Notes: generated by a model not told the origin, from the sequence alone. A DNA stretch of 64,000 bases from Profundibacter sp. (GCF_965277155.1 NZ_CBDIBV010000007.1:37305-101304); one strand, 5' to 3'; shown: positions 9,360 to 18,911, numbered from the stretch's first letter. Program-made: numbers and translations.

Positions 9360-10331
9360 ATGGCAACAGTCACGCGCAGACGAAACACCGGGCAGGTCAC
9401 GGGCGAAAGCATCGTGATCGAGGCGGCGTGGCTGTATTACCATGATGGCATGAACCAGACCGAAATTGCCAGCCATCTGGGCGTTTCGCGCGCCACAGTG
9501 GTCAACTACCTGCAAGAGGCCAAGGAACGCGGGTATATCCGCATATCGCTGGCGCCCAAGGCATTCACCACCCACCGGCTGGCCGAGGAAATGCGCGAAC
9601 GCTTTGGCTTGGCGGCGGTTTATGTGGTGCCCGACGGCACCGGTACCGAGGAAGACGCACTGTTGCGGGTGGCGCGCGGGGCGGCGGAATGGCTGCCATC
9701 CTTGCTGGAACCGGGTGACAAGCTGGGCGTGTCCTGGGGGCGCACGGTTTACGAGATGGCCGAGGCCATGCCGCAGGTGCAGACCGATCATATCACCGTG
9801 TCGCAACTGGTGGGGTCGATGGCCACGCCCTACGGGTTTACCGCCGAAATCTGTTCCGCCCATCTGGCACAGCGGCTGGGCGCCAAATTGATCAACCTGC
9901 ACGCCCCGGCGGTTCTGAGCGATCCCGAACTGGCGGCCCGCCTGCGGGCCGAGCCGATTATACGAGATCAAATAGACGCGTTAAGCCACTGTAACAAAGC
10001 GATATTTGCCGCTGGCTCATGTGACCACAGCAGCCATATCGTCAGCAGCGGCTTGGCCAGCCATTCCGATCTGGACTGGTATATTAAACGTGGAGCTACC
10101 GGCGTGTTATGCGGCCGGTTCATTGACGCTGCCGGGCAGTTCATTCCGGGCGAACTGGATGACCGGATGATCGGGGTGGAGCTGGACAAATTGCAAGGGC
10201 TGGACATGGGCCTGCTGGTTTCGGTCGGGGCCGACAAGGTGGCCCCGATGCTGGCGGCAATCGCCGGTGGCTATGTGACCCATGTGGTGACCAGCGTGGC
10301 CACCGCCAAGGGGATGCTGACGGCAAGCTGA
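9360..10331 (+). CDS. SorC/DeoR-type sugar-binding transcriptional regulator
   Basis: 323 aa. N-terminal HTH block AAWLYYHDGMNQTEIASHLGVSRATVVNYL followed by a sugar-phosphate binding domain. This is the same family as LsrR/DeoR(Bs)/SorC. Confidence 0.85.
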   Translation: MATVTRRRNTGQVTGESIVIEAAWLYYHDGMNQTEIASHLGVSRATVVNYLQEAKERGYIRISLAPKAFTTHRLAEEMRERFGLAAVYVVPDGTGTEEDALLRVARGAAEWLPSLLEPGDKLGVSWGRTVYEMAEAMPQVQTDHITVSQLVGSMATPYGFTAEICSAHLAQRLGAKLINLHAPAVLSDPELAARLRAEPIIRDQIDALSHCNKAIFAAGSCDHSSHIVSSGLASHSDLDWYIKRGATGVLCGRFIDAAGQFIPGELDDRMIGVELDKLQGLDMGLLVSVGADKVAPMLAAIAGGYVTHVVTSVATAKGMLTAS

Positions 10332-10418
10332 TAGCTGCTATTCCAAGGATTGTTCGAGCGGTAGATTGCTGTGCGGCCATTGCCGCTAACAAATCTGTCT
10401 AGATAAATCATCTGTCAG

Positions 10419-10472
10419 AAAAAAGCCCCGCCTGATCTCTGGTTACGATAAATAACATATAACAGGCGGGGC
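10419..10472 (-). terminator. hairpin GCCCCGCCTG..CAGGCGGGGC followed by U6 on the minus strand (downstream of mtnA)
   Basis: 10-bp GC stem read directly with a long 28-nt loop. The A6 at 10419-10424 gives the U-run on the minus strand. Confidence 0.5.
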
Positions 10473-10490
10473 TGATCCGTGAGTGGATCT

Positions 10491-11591
10491 CTAGTTCTGC
10501 ACCCTGTCAGGGAACATCGCGGCCAACCCTTCTGGCGAGGCTTCGCAAACGCCGCGTTCGGTGATCAGGCCGGTGACCAGACGCCGTGGTGTGACGTCGA
10601 ATGCCGGGTTGCCCCCCGGCGTGCCATCGGGGCTGATCTGCACTTCGGTCACGGTTCCGTCGGCCAGTTTTCCCTGCACATGGGTGACTTCGGTATCGGT
10701 GCGTTCCTCGATCGGGATTTCGGCAACGCCGTCCTTGACTGTCCAGTCGATCGTGGGGGATGGCAGCGCCACATAGAAGGGCACGTTGTTGTCCTTGGCC
10801 GCTAGCGCCTTCAGGTAGGTGCCGATCTTGTTGCAGACATCGCCATGCGCCGTGGTGCGGTCGGTGCCAACGATGCAAAGGTCAACCTGCCCGTGCTGCA
10901 TAAGGTGTCCACCTGCGTTATCGACGATCAGGTGATGCGGAATGCCGTGGCTGTTCATTTCCCATGCAGTCAGCAAAGCGCCCTGATTGCGCGGGCGGGT
11001 TTCATCGACCCAAACTTGGATCGGGATGCCGTCCTGCACCGCATGATACATCGGGCTGGTGGCGGTGCCCCAATCGACCGTGGCCAACCAGCCTGCGTTA
11101 CAGTGGGTCAGGATATTCACCACCTCGCCCGGCTTTTTCTTGGCAGCGATTTCGCGAATGATCTCAAGGCCATGCACGCCGATCATGCGGTTGCATTCCA
11201 CGTCTTCATCGGCAATTTCATGCGCCCGTTTCATCGCAGCCGCCGCGCGTTCACCTTCAGGCAGCGGTTTTAGCAGCGCGGTCATTTCGTCCAGCGCCCA
11301 ACGCAGGTTGATCGCGGTGGGGCGGGTTTCGTGCAGGATGTTCCATGTTAAAACCAGCGATTTGTCGGACGGGTCTAACGCCATCTGCACGGCCACACCA
11401 TAGGCGGCGGTGGCGCCGATCAATGGGGCGCCCCGCACCCACATATCGCGGATCGCCACCACGAAATCATCGCGGGTTTTTAGGTCAACCACGCGGAATT
11501 CATGCGGCAGCCAGCGCTGGTCAATGATCTGCACCTGCCCGCTTGGCTGATCGAACCAGATCGAACGGTAATGTTTATCGCCTACTTTCAT
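10491..11591 (-). CDS. mtnA: S-methyl-5-thioribose-1-phosphate isomerase family (MtnA/DrdI-like)
   Basis: 366 aa from [14 protein letters not shown]. Has [23 protein letters not shown] and [21 protein letters not shown] blocks typical of MtnA. The ATGA overlaps the mtnK stop. Confidence 0.9.
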   Translation of the reverse strand: MKVGDKHYRSIWFDQPSGQVQIIDQRWLPHEFRVVDLKTRDDFVVAIRDMWVRGAPLIGATAAYGVAVQMALDPSDKSLVLTWNILHETRPTAINLRWALDEMTALLKPLPEGERAAAAMKRAHEIADEDVECNRMIGVHGLEIIREIAAKKKPGEVVNILTHCNAGWLATVDWGTATSPMYHAVQDGIPIQVWVDETRPRNQGALLTAWEMNSHGIPHHLIVDNAGGHLMQHGQVDLCIVGTDRTTAHGDVCNKIGTYLKALAAKDNNVPFYVALPSPTIDWTVKDGVAEIPIEERTDTEVTHVQGKLADGTVTEVQISPDGTPGGNPAFDVTPRRLVTGLITERGVCEASPEGLAAMFPDRVQN

Positions 11592-12862
11592 GACTCTTTC
11601 CTTTGTCCAATCATACGCGCCTGTGAAATCACGTTGTCCAAATCTGCAAATGCCGCCCTGTTCACGGCCAGCGAGCGGCCCAAGCGCAGGCCCCTGCCCT
11701 CGCACTCGGCGCGCATCGCTTCATCCTCGATCAAATCGTTTTCGGCGATATGGGCCAGGCTAAGTGTGCGGCGGATCATTTCCACACCGGCAAAGCCCAG
11801 TGTGTCCTCGAAAATATGCTTGAGCCGCGCCGCAAGCGCCTGTTCCGACGCCAGATTGTCGCCCTGATCTTCGAACAGGCTGGCCTGATACAGGATGCCG
11901 TTGCGCTCGGTCCGCCACAGGTGCGAGAATTCATCGCAGAACCCGTGCCAGATTTCGCTGATCACGCCCAGAATCCATTCCTGATAGTCCGCCCGCGCCC
12001 CTTCGGATTCGGCGTGACCGGGTTGGGCGTAATAGGCCATAAAGAAGTTGGCCAGCAACATGCCGATGTCAAAGCCCATCGGGCCATAGGTGACAAATTC
12101 GGGATCAATCACCATGGTATCGGTGTCTGTCACCATGATCGAGCCGGTGTGCAGATCGCCATGCAGCATGGTTTCGGCGTTGTTGGCGAATTTCGCCTTC
12201 ATGTCCTGCGCAGCGACCTTCAGGTCAATGTCGGCCCGCAGCCGTTTTACCAGATCATCCAGACCCGGCGTGTGGTGGTTCAGCTCGGCCTCAAAGTAAG
12301 GGTCGGAAAACACAAGGTTTTCGGTGATGTCACATAGTTCGGCATTGTCGGCAAACAGTGCCAGATCGGCCTTGCGTTTGGCGGTGTCCATCGACAGGTC
12401 CGAGCCACGGAACATGGTCTTGCCCAGATAATCCCCCATCACAGCGGCAAGCCCGTCATGTTTTTTGCCGGCCATCAGCGAATGGCGCAGGATGATGTGC
12501 GGCGTTAAGAACTCCATCACGATCAGCGCCTGATCCTCGTCGAAATGATAGATTTCCGGCACCAGACCCGGCGCGCGTTCCTCTTGGCGGATCAAGGCGT
12601 GATATTCAAAGAACGCCCGTTTCAGCGGCAAGGGCCAACTGTCACCGACCAGCCGCACGTAAGGCAGCGCTTGTTTAACGATCACGGCGCCCTTGGGGCT
12701 TTTGACGATGAACACAAGGTTCAGGTTGCCATCCCCCACTTCATCCGCAACCCATGCGGATGTATCCTCTCCCAAGCGTTCCGTAACAGCCGAAATCCCG
12801 CCCAACCGCGCGGGAATCGTTTCTACCGTTAAGGGTTCGTAACCGGAGCTTTGTTCTGACAT
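11588..12862 (-). CDS. mtnK: S-methyl-5-thioribose kinase family (MtnK/DrdK-like)
   Basis: 424 aa from MSEQSS, with GGAGGGG 5 nt upstream. Has GDGNLNLVF, the [11 protein letters not shown] block and an aminoglycoside-kinase-like [11 protein letters not shown] motif. Confidence 0.9.
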   Translation of the reverse strand: MSEQSSGYEPLTVETIPARLGGISAVTERLGEDTSAWVADEVGDGNLNLVFIVKSPKGAVIVKQALPYVRLVGDSWPLPLKRAFFEYHALIRQEERAPGLVPEIYHFDEDQALIVMEFLTPHIILRHSLMAGKKHDGLAAVMGDYLGKTMFRGSDLSMDTAKRKADLALFADNAELCDITENLVFSDPYFEAELNHHTPGLDDLVKRLRADIDLKVAAQDMKAKFANNAETMLHGDLHTGSIMVTDTDTMVIDPEFVTYGPMGFDIGMLLANFFMAYYAQPGHAESEGARADYQEWILGVISEIWHGFCDEFSHLWRTERNGILYQASLFEDQGDNLASEQALAARLKHIFEDTLGFAGVEMIRRTLSLAHIAENDLIEDEAMRAECEGRGLRLGRSLAVNRAAFADLDNVISQARMIGQRKES

Positions 12863-12992
12863 GGTCCCCTCCATCCTTGGGATCGGCCCCGTTTAACCCT
12901 ATATTTCAAAGGGTTTCGGACAGATCCGCTTTATCGCCCCGTCCTTGAGAAACGCGGCTTGTTAGACATAGCATTGTAAACAGATCGTCATT

Positions 12993-13010
12993 TGTCAATG
13001 GCCATTGACA
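12993..13010. promoter_or_regulatory. 18-bp perfect palindrome TGTCAATGGCCATTGACA (candidate operator, two back-to-back TTGACA boxes)
   Basis: Read directly; the reverse complement is identical. Lies in the 184-bp mtnK / ABC divergent spacer. Confidence 0.5.
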
Positions 13011-13032
13011 TTTGATCACAACGCCATAAGAT
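13005..13032 (+). promoter_or_regulatory. sigma70-like promoter for the ABC/FucU/Rpe/LsrF operon
   Basis: -35 TTGACA (13005-13010), a 16-nt spacer and -10 TAAGAT (13027-13032), 26 nt upstream of the ATG at 13059. Confidence 0.4.
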
Positions 13033-13058
13033 TGCTTGATATCGGGGGAAGGATAAGC

Positions 13059-14591
13059 ATGTCCAAGGCTGCTGTTGAAATTCAGGGACTGACAAAAGCG
13101 TTCGGCACAAACCGTGTGCTGCGTGGTATTGATCTGGAACTGAATTCTGGCGAAGTGACCGTGTTGATGGGCGCCAATGGCGCTGGAAAATCAACGCTGG
13201 TCAAGGTGATCTGCGGCGTTCACCCTGCTGACACCGGCACAATCCGTCTGCACGGGGAAGAGTTGAAAACCACCACCCCGTCCGAGGCAATCCGCGCCGG
13301 TATCGTCACCGTTCACCAGAATATCAATGACGGGGTGATTCCCGATCTGGATGTGGCCTCGAACCTGATGCTGGACACGTTGGCCGAACCCAAAAGCGGG
13401 TTTTTCCTGAAACGCCGCGAGATCCGGCAAAAGGCACGCGAACTGGCCGGGTCCATGGGGCTGGATGTGGACGTAAACCAGCCGGTTAACGAGTTGGCGC
13501 TGGCCGACCGCCAGTTGGTCGCCATTGCCCGCGCGATGGCACATGAACCCAAACTGATGATTCTGGACGAACCCACCTCGTCCCTGTCTGCAACCGAGGC
13601 CGCGCGGCTGTTCACCCTGCTGGACCGTTTGCGCGATGCGGGTGTGGCCATTCTGTATATCTCGCACCGGACCAGCGACATCCACCGCATCGCCGACCGG
13701 ATTGTCAGCATGCGTGACGGCGAAATTGTTGGCACATTCGAGCAAAAGCCGCTGGATTACGAGGCCGCTGTAAACGCCATGCTGGGCCACAAAATGTCCG
13801 AGGTTGATCTGGACATCAAATCCGCTGGCCAGCCGGTGCTGGAACTGAAAGACCTGCAAATTCGCGAAGGCACAGCCAAAATAAACCTGACCGTCCACGC
13901 AGACGAGGTTCTGGCGATTACCGGTCTGGTCGGATCGGGCAAATCCGAACTGGCGGCCATTCTGTATGGGCTGAAGAAACCCGCAGGCGGCAGCATGTCC
14001 CTGCTGGGAAAACCCTATAATCCGAAATCCCCGCGCCATGCGATTGATACCGGTGTGTTCATGTGCGCCAAGGATCGCGGCACCAATGGTGTTTTGCAGG
14101 ATCACAACCTGACCAAAAACATCACTGCCCCGTTTCTGGCGCGGTTTTCCACCCTGTCCTTTGTCAACCGCCGGCGCGAGGCCCGCGCAACCCGAAATAT
14201 GATTTCGGACCTGGGCATTGTCTGCCAGTCCGAGCAGGACGATATCGGCACCCTGTCGGGCGGAAACCAGCAAAAGGTGGTGATCGGCCGCTGGTTAAGC
14301 CAGCCATCCGATTTGTTGATACTGGACGAGCCGTTTCAAGGCGTCGACATCAAGGCCCGCCGCGACATCGGTGCAAAAATCCGCGAAACGGCCAAGGGGC
14401 GGGCGACCATCGTTCTGGCCGCGGAAATGGACGAGGTTCTGGAAATCGCCGACCGGATCATTGTGCTGGCGGATCATGCCATCGTTGGCGAGCACCGCAA
14501 CATCGATCTGGACGTAAAACAGGTGGTGGCCGAAGTTGCAGGCATGACAAACGGCACCAATGGACAAACCAATACTCAAGTGAACGGATAA
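13059..14591 (+). CDS. sugar ABC transporter ATP-binding protein (CUT2, duplicated ATPase)
   Basis: 510 aa from MSKAAVEIQGL, with GGGGGAAGGA upstream. First Walker A GANGAGKST; second signature LSGGNQQKV. Confidence 0.9.
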   Translation: MSKAAVEIQGLTKAFGTNRVLRGIDLELNSGEVTVLMGANGAGKSTLVKVICGVHPADTGTIRLHGEELKTTTPSEAIRAGIVTVHQNINDGVIPDLDVASNLMLDTLAEPKSGFFLKRREIRQKARELAGSMGLDVDVNQPVNELALADRQLVAIARAMAHEPKLMILDEPTSSLSATEAARLFTLLDRLRDAGVAILYISHRTSDIHRIADRIVSMRDGEIVGTFEQKPLDYEAAVNAMLGHKMSEVDLDIKSAGQPVLELKDLQIREGTAKINLTVHADEVLAITGLVGSGKSELAAILYGLKKPAGGSMSLLGKPYNPKSPRHAIDTGVFMCAKDRGTNGVLQDHNLTKNITAPFLARFSTLSFVNRRREARATRNMISDLGIVCQSEQDDIGTLSGGNQQKVVIGRWLSQPSDLLILDEPFQGVDIKARRDIGAKIRETAKGRATIVLAAEMDEVLEIADRIIVLADHAIVGEHRNIDLDVKQVVAEVAGMTNGTNGQTNTQVNG

Positions 14592-14597
14592 CCGAAA

Positions 14598-15644
14598 ATG
14601 CAGGACGGCACGAATACGCACAAAGACATGGCGCCAAAGAAAACGCTGGTGGATTATGCCATCCGTTACGGGTTTCTGACCCTTCTTGCGGGGCTGCTGA
14701 TCTTTTTCTCGGTGGCAACCGACGGCTTCCTTAGCCCCTATAGCGCGGTGTTCATTTTCCAGTCGGTCGCGATCACCGGTATTCTGGCGCTGGGTGTCAC
14801 ATTCACACTGGTGGTGGACGGGTTCGACCTGTCGATCGGATCGACCGCCACCTCGGCGCTGATGCTATCGGCCTATATGATGGTGGTGCTGGGCACCGGC
14901 GTGGTGCCTGCGGTGCTGGCCTGTCTGGTAATGGGCGCGCTGATCGGGCTGGTGAACGGGCTGCTGATCGTAAAGATGAAGGTGCCCGACCTGTTGGCGA
15001 CATTGGGTATGATGTTCCTGCTGATCGGTTTGCAACGGATCCCGACCGAAGGACGGTCCATCGCCACCGGTATGAAACTGCCCGATGGCAGCACCGCGAA
15101 TGGCACGTTTTCACCTGAATTCCTGTGGCTGGGCCGTCACCGGTTCGATTTTTTCATTGATAACCTGATCCCGGTTTCGGTGGTCATTCTGGTGATCGTG
15201 GCCATCCTGTGCTGGGTGTTTTTGGAACTGACCCGCCATGGTCGGCTGATGTATGCCATCGGATCGAACCAGCGGGCAGCGGCACTGGCGGGAACCAATG
15301 TGAATCGCTATAAAATTCTGGCCTATATGATTTCCGGCGTGCTGGCCTCGGTCGGGGGTATCCTGCTGGCGGCGCGTCTGGGGCGGGGTGATATCGCCTC
15401 GGGCAATAACCTGCTGCTGGATTCCGTGGCCGCCGCATTGATCGGTTATGCGGTGATGGGTGCGGCCAAACCGAACGCCTTTGGCACAGCCATCGGGGCG
15501 CTGTTTGTCGGCATCCTGCTGCAAGGGCTGACGATGATGAACGCCCCTTACTATACACAGGATTTCGTTAAGGGGGCGGTGCTTGTGATTGCCCTCGTCT
15601 TTACCTTCGTGCTGACGGGTCGGCGCGGCGGATCAACCCACTAG
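14598..15644 (+). CDS. sugar ABC transporter permease (single permease gene)
   Basis: 348 aa, multi-TM, of the RbsC/AraH type (..AAALAGTNVNRYKILAYMISG..). Confidence 0.9.
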   Translation: MQDGTNTHKDMAPKKTLVDYAIRYGFLTLLAGLLIFFSVATDGFLSPYSAVFIFQSVAITGILALGVTFTLVVDGFDLSIGSTATSALMLSAYMMVVLGTGVVPAVLACLVMGALIGLVNGLLIVKMKVPDLLATLGMMFLLIGLQRIPTEGRSIATGMKLPDGSTANGTFSPEFLWLGRHRFDFFIDNLIPVSVVILVIVAILCWVFLELTRHGRLMYAIGSNQRAAALAGTNVNRYKILAYMISGVLASVGGILLAARLGRGDIASGNNLLLDSVAAALIGYAVMGAAKPNAFGTAIGALFVGILLQGLTMMNAPYYTQDFVKGAVLVIALVFTFVLTGRRGGSTH

Positions 15645-15679
15645 ACTGCACTACAAATTAAAAAAGGGAGAACCATAAT

Positions 15680-16732
15680 ATGAAACTTACACGACGTATC
15701 GTTCTGGGTATGGCAGGCGGGATTGCAGCACTTGCAACCGGCTTTGCCAGCCCGACATTCGCAGGCGACATGCCGGCACCTTTCGACAATGCAGGGGATG
15801 TGAAAATTGCACTGGTGCGCTATCTGTCCACCGGCGATTTCTTTCAGGCCTATCTGTCGGGTGTTGAAGCACAATCCGCTGCCCTTGGTGTTGACCTGCG
15901 GGTATTCGACAGCCGCCAGGACGCCGCATTGCAGGCCGACATGGTGGACCAGGCCATCGCCCTTGGGGTTGATGGCATCATCATCCAGCACGGTCTGACC
16001 GAATCCATGCAAGAGGCCGCACAACGTGCCATTGATGCCGGGATCAAGGTTGTGGCGTTTGACGTGAACGTCAAAAATGACGCGATCCCGCAAGTCGAAC
16101 AATCCGACCGTGATCTGGCCCGTCTGGCGCTGGAACAAGCGATCAAGGACAATGGCACATCATTCAAGGCCGGTTACGTTTACGTTGCCGGTATTGCCCC
16201 GCTGGATCGTCGCGACGAAACATGGGTCAAGGTAAAAGAAGCCAACCCGGGCATCGAAGAAGTCGCCCAGTTCGGCACGCTGGACAACCCGATTGCCAAC
16301 TCTGTTGCCAATCAGGCCCGTTCGGTTCTGCAGGCCCATCCCGACATTCAGGTGATGTTCGCCCCCTACGACGAATTCGCCAAAGGTGTCAAAATCGCTG
16401 TGGACGAAGCCGGCCTGAACGAGCAGATCAAGATTTATTCGGCCGACGTGTCCACCGCCGACATTTCCGCCATGCGCGAACCTAACAGCGCATGGGCCGC
16501 AACTGCCGCCACCAACCCTGCTGTTGTGGGCGAAGTTTCGGTGCGGGCATTGGCAATGTTGCTGGCTGGCGAAGACCCAGGCCACAACGTGATCATTCCG
16601 CCCACCCTGATCACTCAGGCCATGCTGCAAGACAAAGACATCAAGAATATGGAAGAACTGTCGGCCAAACTGCCCCAGTTCGCCCACGCCGATGTTGCCG
16701 TGCCAGCATGGATGCCCCTGCCCCCGCGCTAA
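15680..16732 (+). CDS. periplasmic sugar-binding protein (PBP type I)
   Basis: 350 aa with a signal peptide (MKLTRRIVLGMAGGIAALATGFA) and a ribose-type SBP body. Ligand unknown; I see no obvious LsrB signature. Confidence 0.85.
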   Translation: MKLTRRIVLGMAGGIAALATGFASPTFAGDMPAPFDNAGDVKIALVRYLSTGDFFQAYLSGVEAQSAALGVDLRVFDSRQDAALQADMVDQAIALGVDGIIIQHGLTESMQEAAQRAIDAGIKVVAFDVNVKNDAIPQVEQSDRDLARLALEQAIKDNGTSFKAGYVYVAGIAPLDRRDETWVKVKEANPGIEEVAQFGTLDNPIANSVANQARSVLQAHPDIQVMFAPYDEFAKGVKIAVDEAGLNEQIKIYSADVSTADISAMREPNSAWAATAATNPAVVGEVSVRALAMLLAGEDPGHNVIIPPTLITQAMLQDKDIKNMEELSAKLPQFAHADVAVPAWMPLPPR

Positions 16733-16805
16733 GGGTCAGGTGACGTGATAACAACGGGGGCTGCGGCAAAACTGGTCGCGGCCCCCATTTACGGTAAAGG
16801 AGCAG

Positions 16806-17252
16806 ATGATGCTGATCGGAATAGACGCCAATATGACGCCTGATTTGCTGGATTGCCTGATGCGCATGGGGCATGGCGATGAAATCGTTGTTGCCGATGC
16901 CAATTTCCCTGCCACCTCGACCGCCGCCCATACCCAATGGGGCGACGTGATCCCCCTGCCCGCCATGATGGCCCCCGATGCGATCAAACTGATCACCGGC
17001 GTGATGCCTCTGGACGGGTTCGCCGATGCTTGCGCCCTGCGCATGCAGATTGACAATACGCCCGACGAAATGGGCGAGGTGCATAGACAAGCCTTTGACA
17101 TTCTATCCGCCGCCATGCCCGAAGGTGCCGCCCTTGGCAGCCTGGAGCGACAGGAATTCTATCAGCGCGCCCGTGATGCCTTTGGGGTAGTTGCCACCAC
17201 CGACATGCGGCCCTATGGCTGCTTTATCTTGCGCAAAGGTGTGATCTTTTAG
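16806..17252 (+). CDS. RbsD/FucU family sugar mutarotase/pyranase
   Basis: 148 aa with MGHGDEIVVADANFP, matching the FucU HGDEI..D..FP motif. AAGGAG SD upstream. Confidence 0.85.
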   Translation: MMLIGIDANMTPDLLDCLMRMGHGDEIVVADANFPATSTAAHTQWGDVIPLPAMMAPDAIKLITGVMPLDGFADACALRMQIDNTPDEMGEVHRQAFDILSAAMPEGAALGSLERQEFYQRARDAFGVVATTDMRPYGCFILRKGVIF

Positions 17253-17259
17253 GAACGAC

Positions 17260-17940
17260 ATGATGAGCATCGACGATCTGAAATCCCGCGCCAAAGGCAT
17301 CAGCCTTGGCCTGTTTGCCGCCGATCTGGGAAACCTGCGCCGCGCGGCGCAAAACGTGGCCGAGTGGGGTTGCAACATCCTGCATTTCGACATCATGGAC
17401 GGCGTGTTCGTGCCACAGATGATCGGTGGCCCCGGCTTTGTCGCCGCGATGGACCTTGGCCTGCTGCGCGATGTGCATCTGATGGTGCAAAACCCCGCCG
17501 CCCATGTGGAAAGCTATATCAAGGCCGGTGCCGATATGATCACCGTTCACGCTGAATCCGATAACGCAACCGAAGCGATCAAAATCATTCAGGCATCCAA
17601 CCGCCCCGTCATGGCCGGTCTGGCCCTGATGCCCGGCACCACGCTGGAGGATGCAGCCCCCCTGCTGGCGCTGAACCCCGATATGATCCTTGTGCTGTCA
17701 CTGGACCCGCGTGGCACCCGAGCCGACATCACCGCCGCCTGCACCCGCCTGACCGAGCTGCGCGAAACCGCCCCCAATGCGGTGCTTGCCTTTGATGGCG
17801 GTGTCACGCTGGACAGCATTACAGAAATAGCTGCCTGCGCGCCCGATATGGTGGTCAGCGGCAGCGCCGTTCTGGGCGCCAAGAAACCCAAACGTGCCTT
17901 TGCCGCAATGGTCAAGGCGCTTGAAACCGCTAACACTTAA
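17260..17940 (+). CDS. ribulose-phosphate 3-epimerase family protein (divergent)
   Basis: 226 aa with [12 protein letters not shown] (Rpe H-x-D-x-MDG-x-FVP) and a C-terminal GG..L..I.....D..V.GSA pattern. Confidence 0.8.
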   Translation: MMSIDDLKSRAKGISLGLFAADLGNLRRAAQNVAEWGCNILHFDIMDGVFVPQMIGGPGFVAAMDLGLLRDVHLMVQNPAAHVESYIKAGADMITVHAESDNATEAIKIIQASNRPVMAGLALMPGTTLEDAAPLLALNPDMILVLSLDPRGTRADITAACTRLTELRETAPNAVLAFDGGVTLDSITEIAACAPDMVVSGSAVLGAKKPKRAFAAMVKALETANT

Positions 17941-17963
17941 ACCCGAAAAGACAGGAACACGAC

Positions 17964-18845
17964 ATGGCAGATATTGATGACATCAAGGACGGCAAAGACT
18001 TTGGCCTGAACACCCCGCAGGACAAACAGGGCTTTTTCCTGAAGGGCCTTGCCAATTACGACTGGGGCATCAAAAATAAGATGAGCCGCATCTTTAACCC
18101 GAAAACCGGCCGCACCGTTATGCTGGCCTTTGACCACGGCTATTTCCAGGGGCCGACAAAGGGTCTGGAACGGATCGACCTGAACATCCTGCCACTGGCC
18201 GAACATGCCGATGTGTTGATGTGTACCCGTGGCGTTCTTCGCTCGATGATCCCGCCAACCCTGACCAAACCGATTGTGATGCGCGCCTCTGGTGGTAACT
18301 CGATCCTGTCGGAACTGTCGAACGAAACCATTGCGGTTGCGATGGATGATGCGGTTCGCATGGGCGTTTGCGCGATGGCCGCACAGGTCTATATCGGGGC
18401 GGAATACGAACATAAGTCCATCACCAACGTGATCCGCCTGATTGACGAAGGCATGCGCGTGGGCATCCCGACACTGGCCGTCTCCGGCGTTGGCAAAGAC
18501 ATGGCCCGCGATGCGCGCTACTTTGGTCTGGCCACCCGGATCGCTGCCGAAATCGGCTCGCATTACGTCAAAAGCTACTTCATCGAGGAAGGCTTTGAAA
18601 AAGTCGTTGCCGGTTGCCCTGTGCCGATCGTGATTGCAGGTGGTAAAAAGCTGCCCGAACTGGACGCGCTGGACATGGCGTTCCGCGCTGTTGATCAGGG
18701 CGCTGCCGGTGTCGATATGGGTCGCAACATCTTCCAATCGGACGCCCCTGTTGCAATGATCAAAGCGGTTTCCAAGGTTGTGCATGAACTGATGCCCGCC
18801 AAGCAGGCCTATGAACTGTATAACGATCTGAAATCCGAAGGCTGA
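17964..18845 (+). CDS. lsrF: LsrF-like class I (DhnA-fold) aldolase/thiolase
   Basis: 293 aa. [13 protein letters not shown].., [52 protein letters not shown] and [11 protein letters not shown] are near-identical to blocks I recall from E. coli LsrF. This has not been aligned computationally. Confidence 0.8.
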   Translation: MADIDDIKDGKDFGLNTPQDKQGFFLKGLANYDWGIKNKMSRIFNPKTGRTVMLAFDHGYFQGPTKGLERIDLNILPLAEHADVLMCTRGVLRSMIPPTLTKPIVMRASGGNSILSELSNETIAVAMDDAVRMGVCAMAAQVYIGAEYEHKSITNVIRLIDEGMRVGIPTLAVSGVGKDMARDARYFGLATRIAAEIGSHYVKSYFIEEGFEKVVAGCPVPIVIAGGKKLPELDALDMAFRAVDQGAAGVDMGRNIFQSDAPVAMIKAVSKVVHELMPAKQAYELYNDLKSEG

Positions 18846-18870
18846 TAGAGCCTTCAGGCGAAACAGGTTT

Positions 18871-18899
18871 AAGGGCGGCCTTTCGGGGCTGCCCTTTTT
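18871..18899 (+). terminator. intrinsic terminator after lsrF-like gene
   Basis: AAGGGCGGCC-tttc-GGGGCTGCCCTT stem followed by a T-run. Confidence 0.7.
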
Positions 18900-18911
18900 C
18901 ATACCGGACAT

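Noticed and set aside
13059-18845. Reading the ABC transporter + SorC regulator + LsrF as a standard AI-2 lsr operon.
   Set aside because: There is no FGGY kinase (LsrK) and no LsrG. Only one permease gene is present instead of lsrC and lsrD. The SBP is not recognisably LsrB-like. An MtnK/MtnA pair occupies the kinase/isomerase roles.
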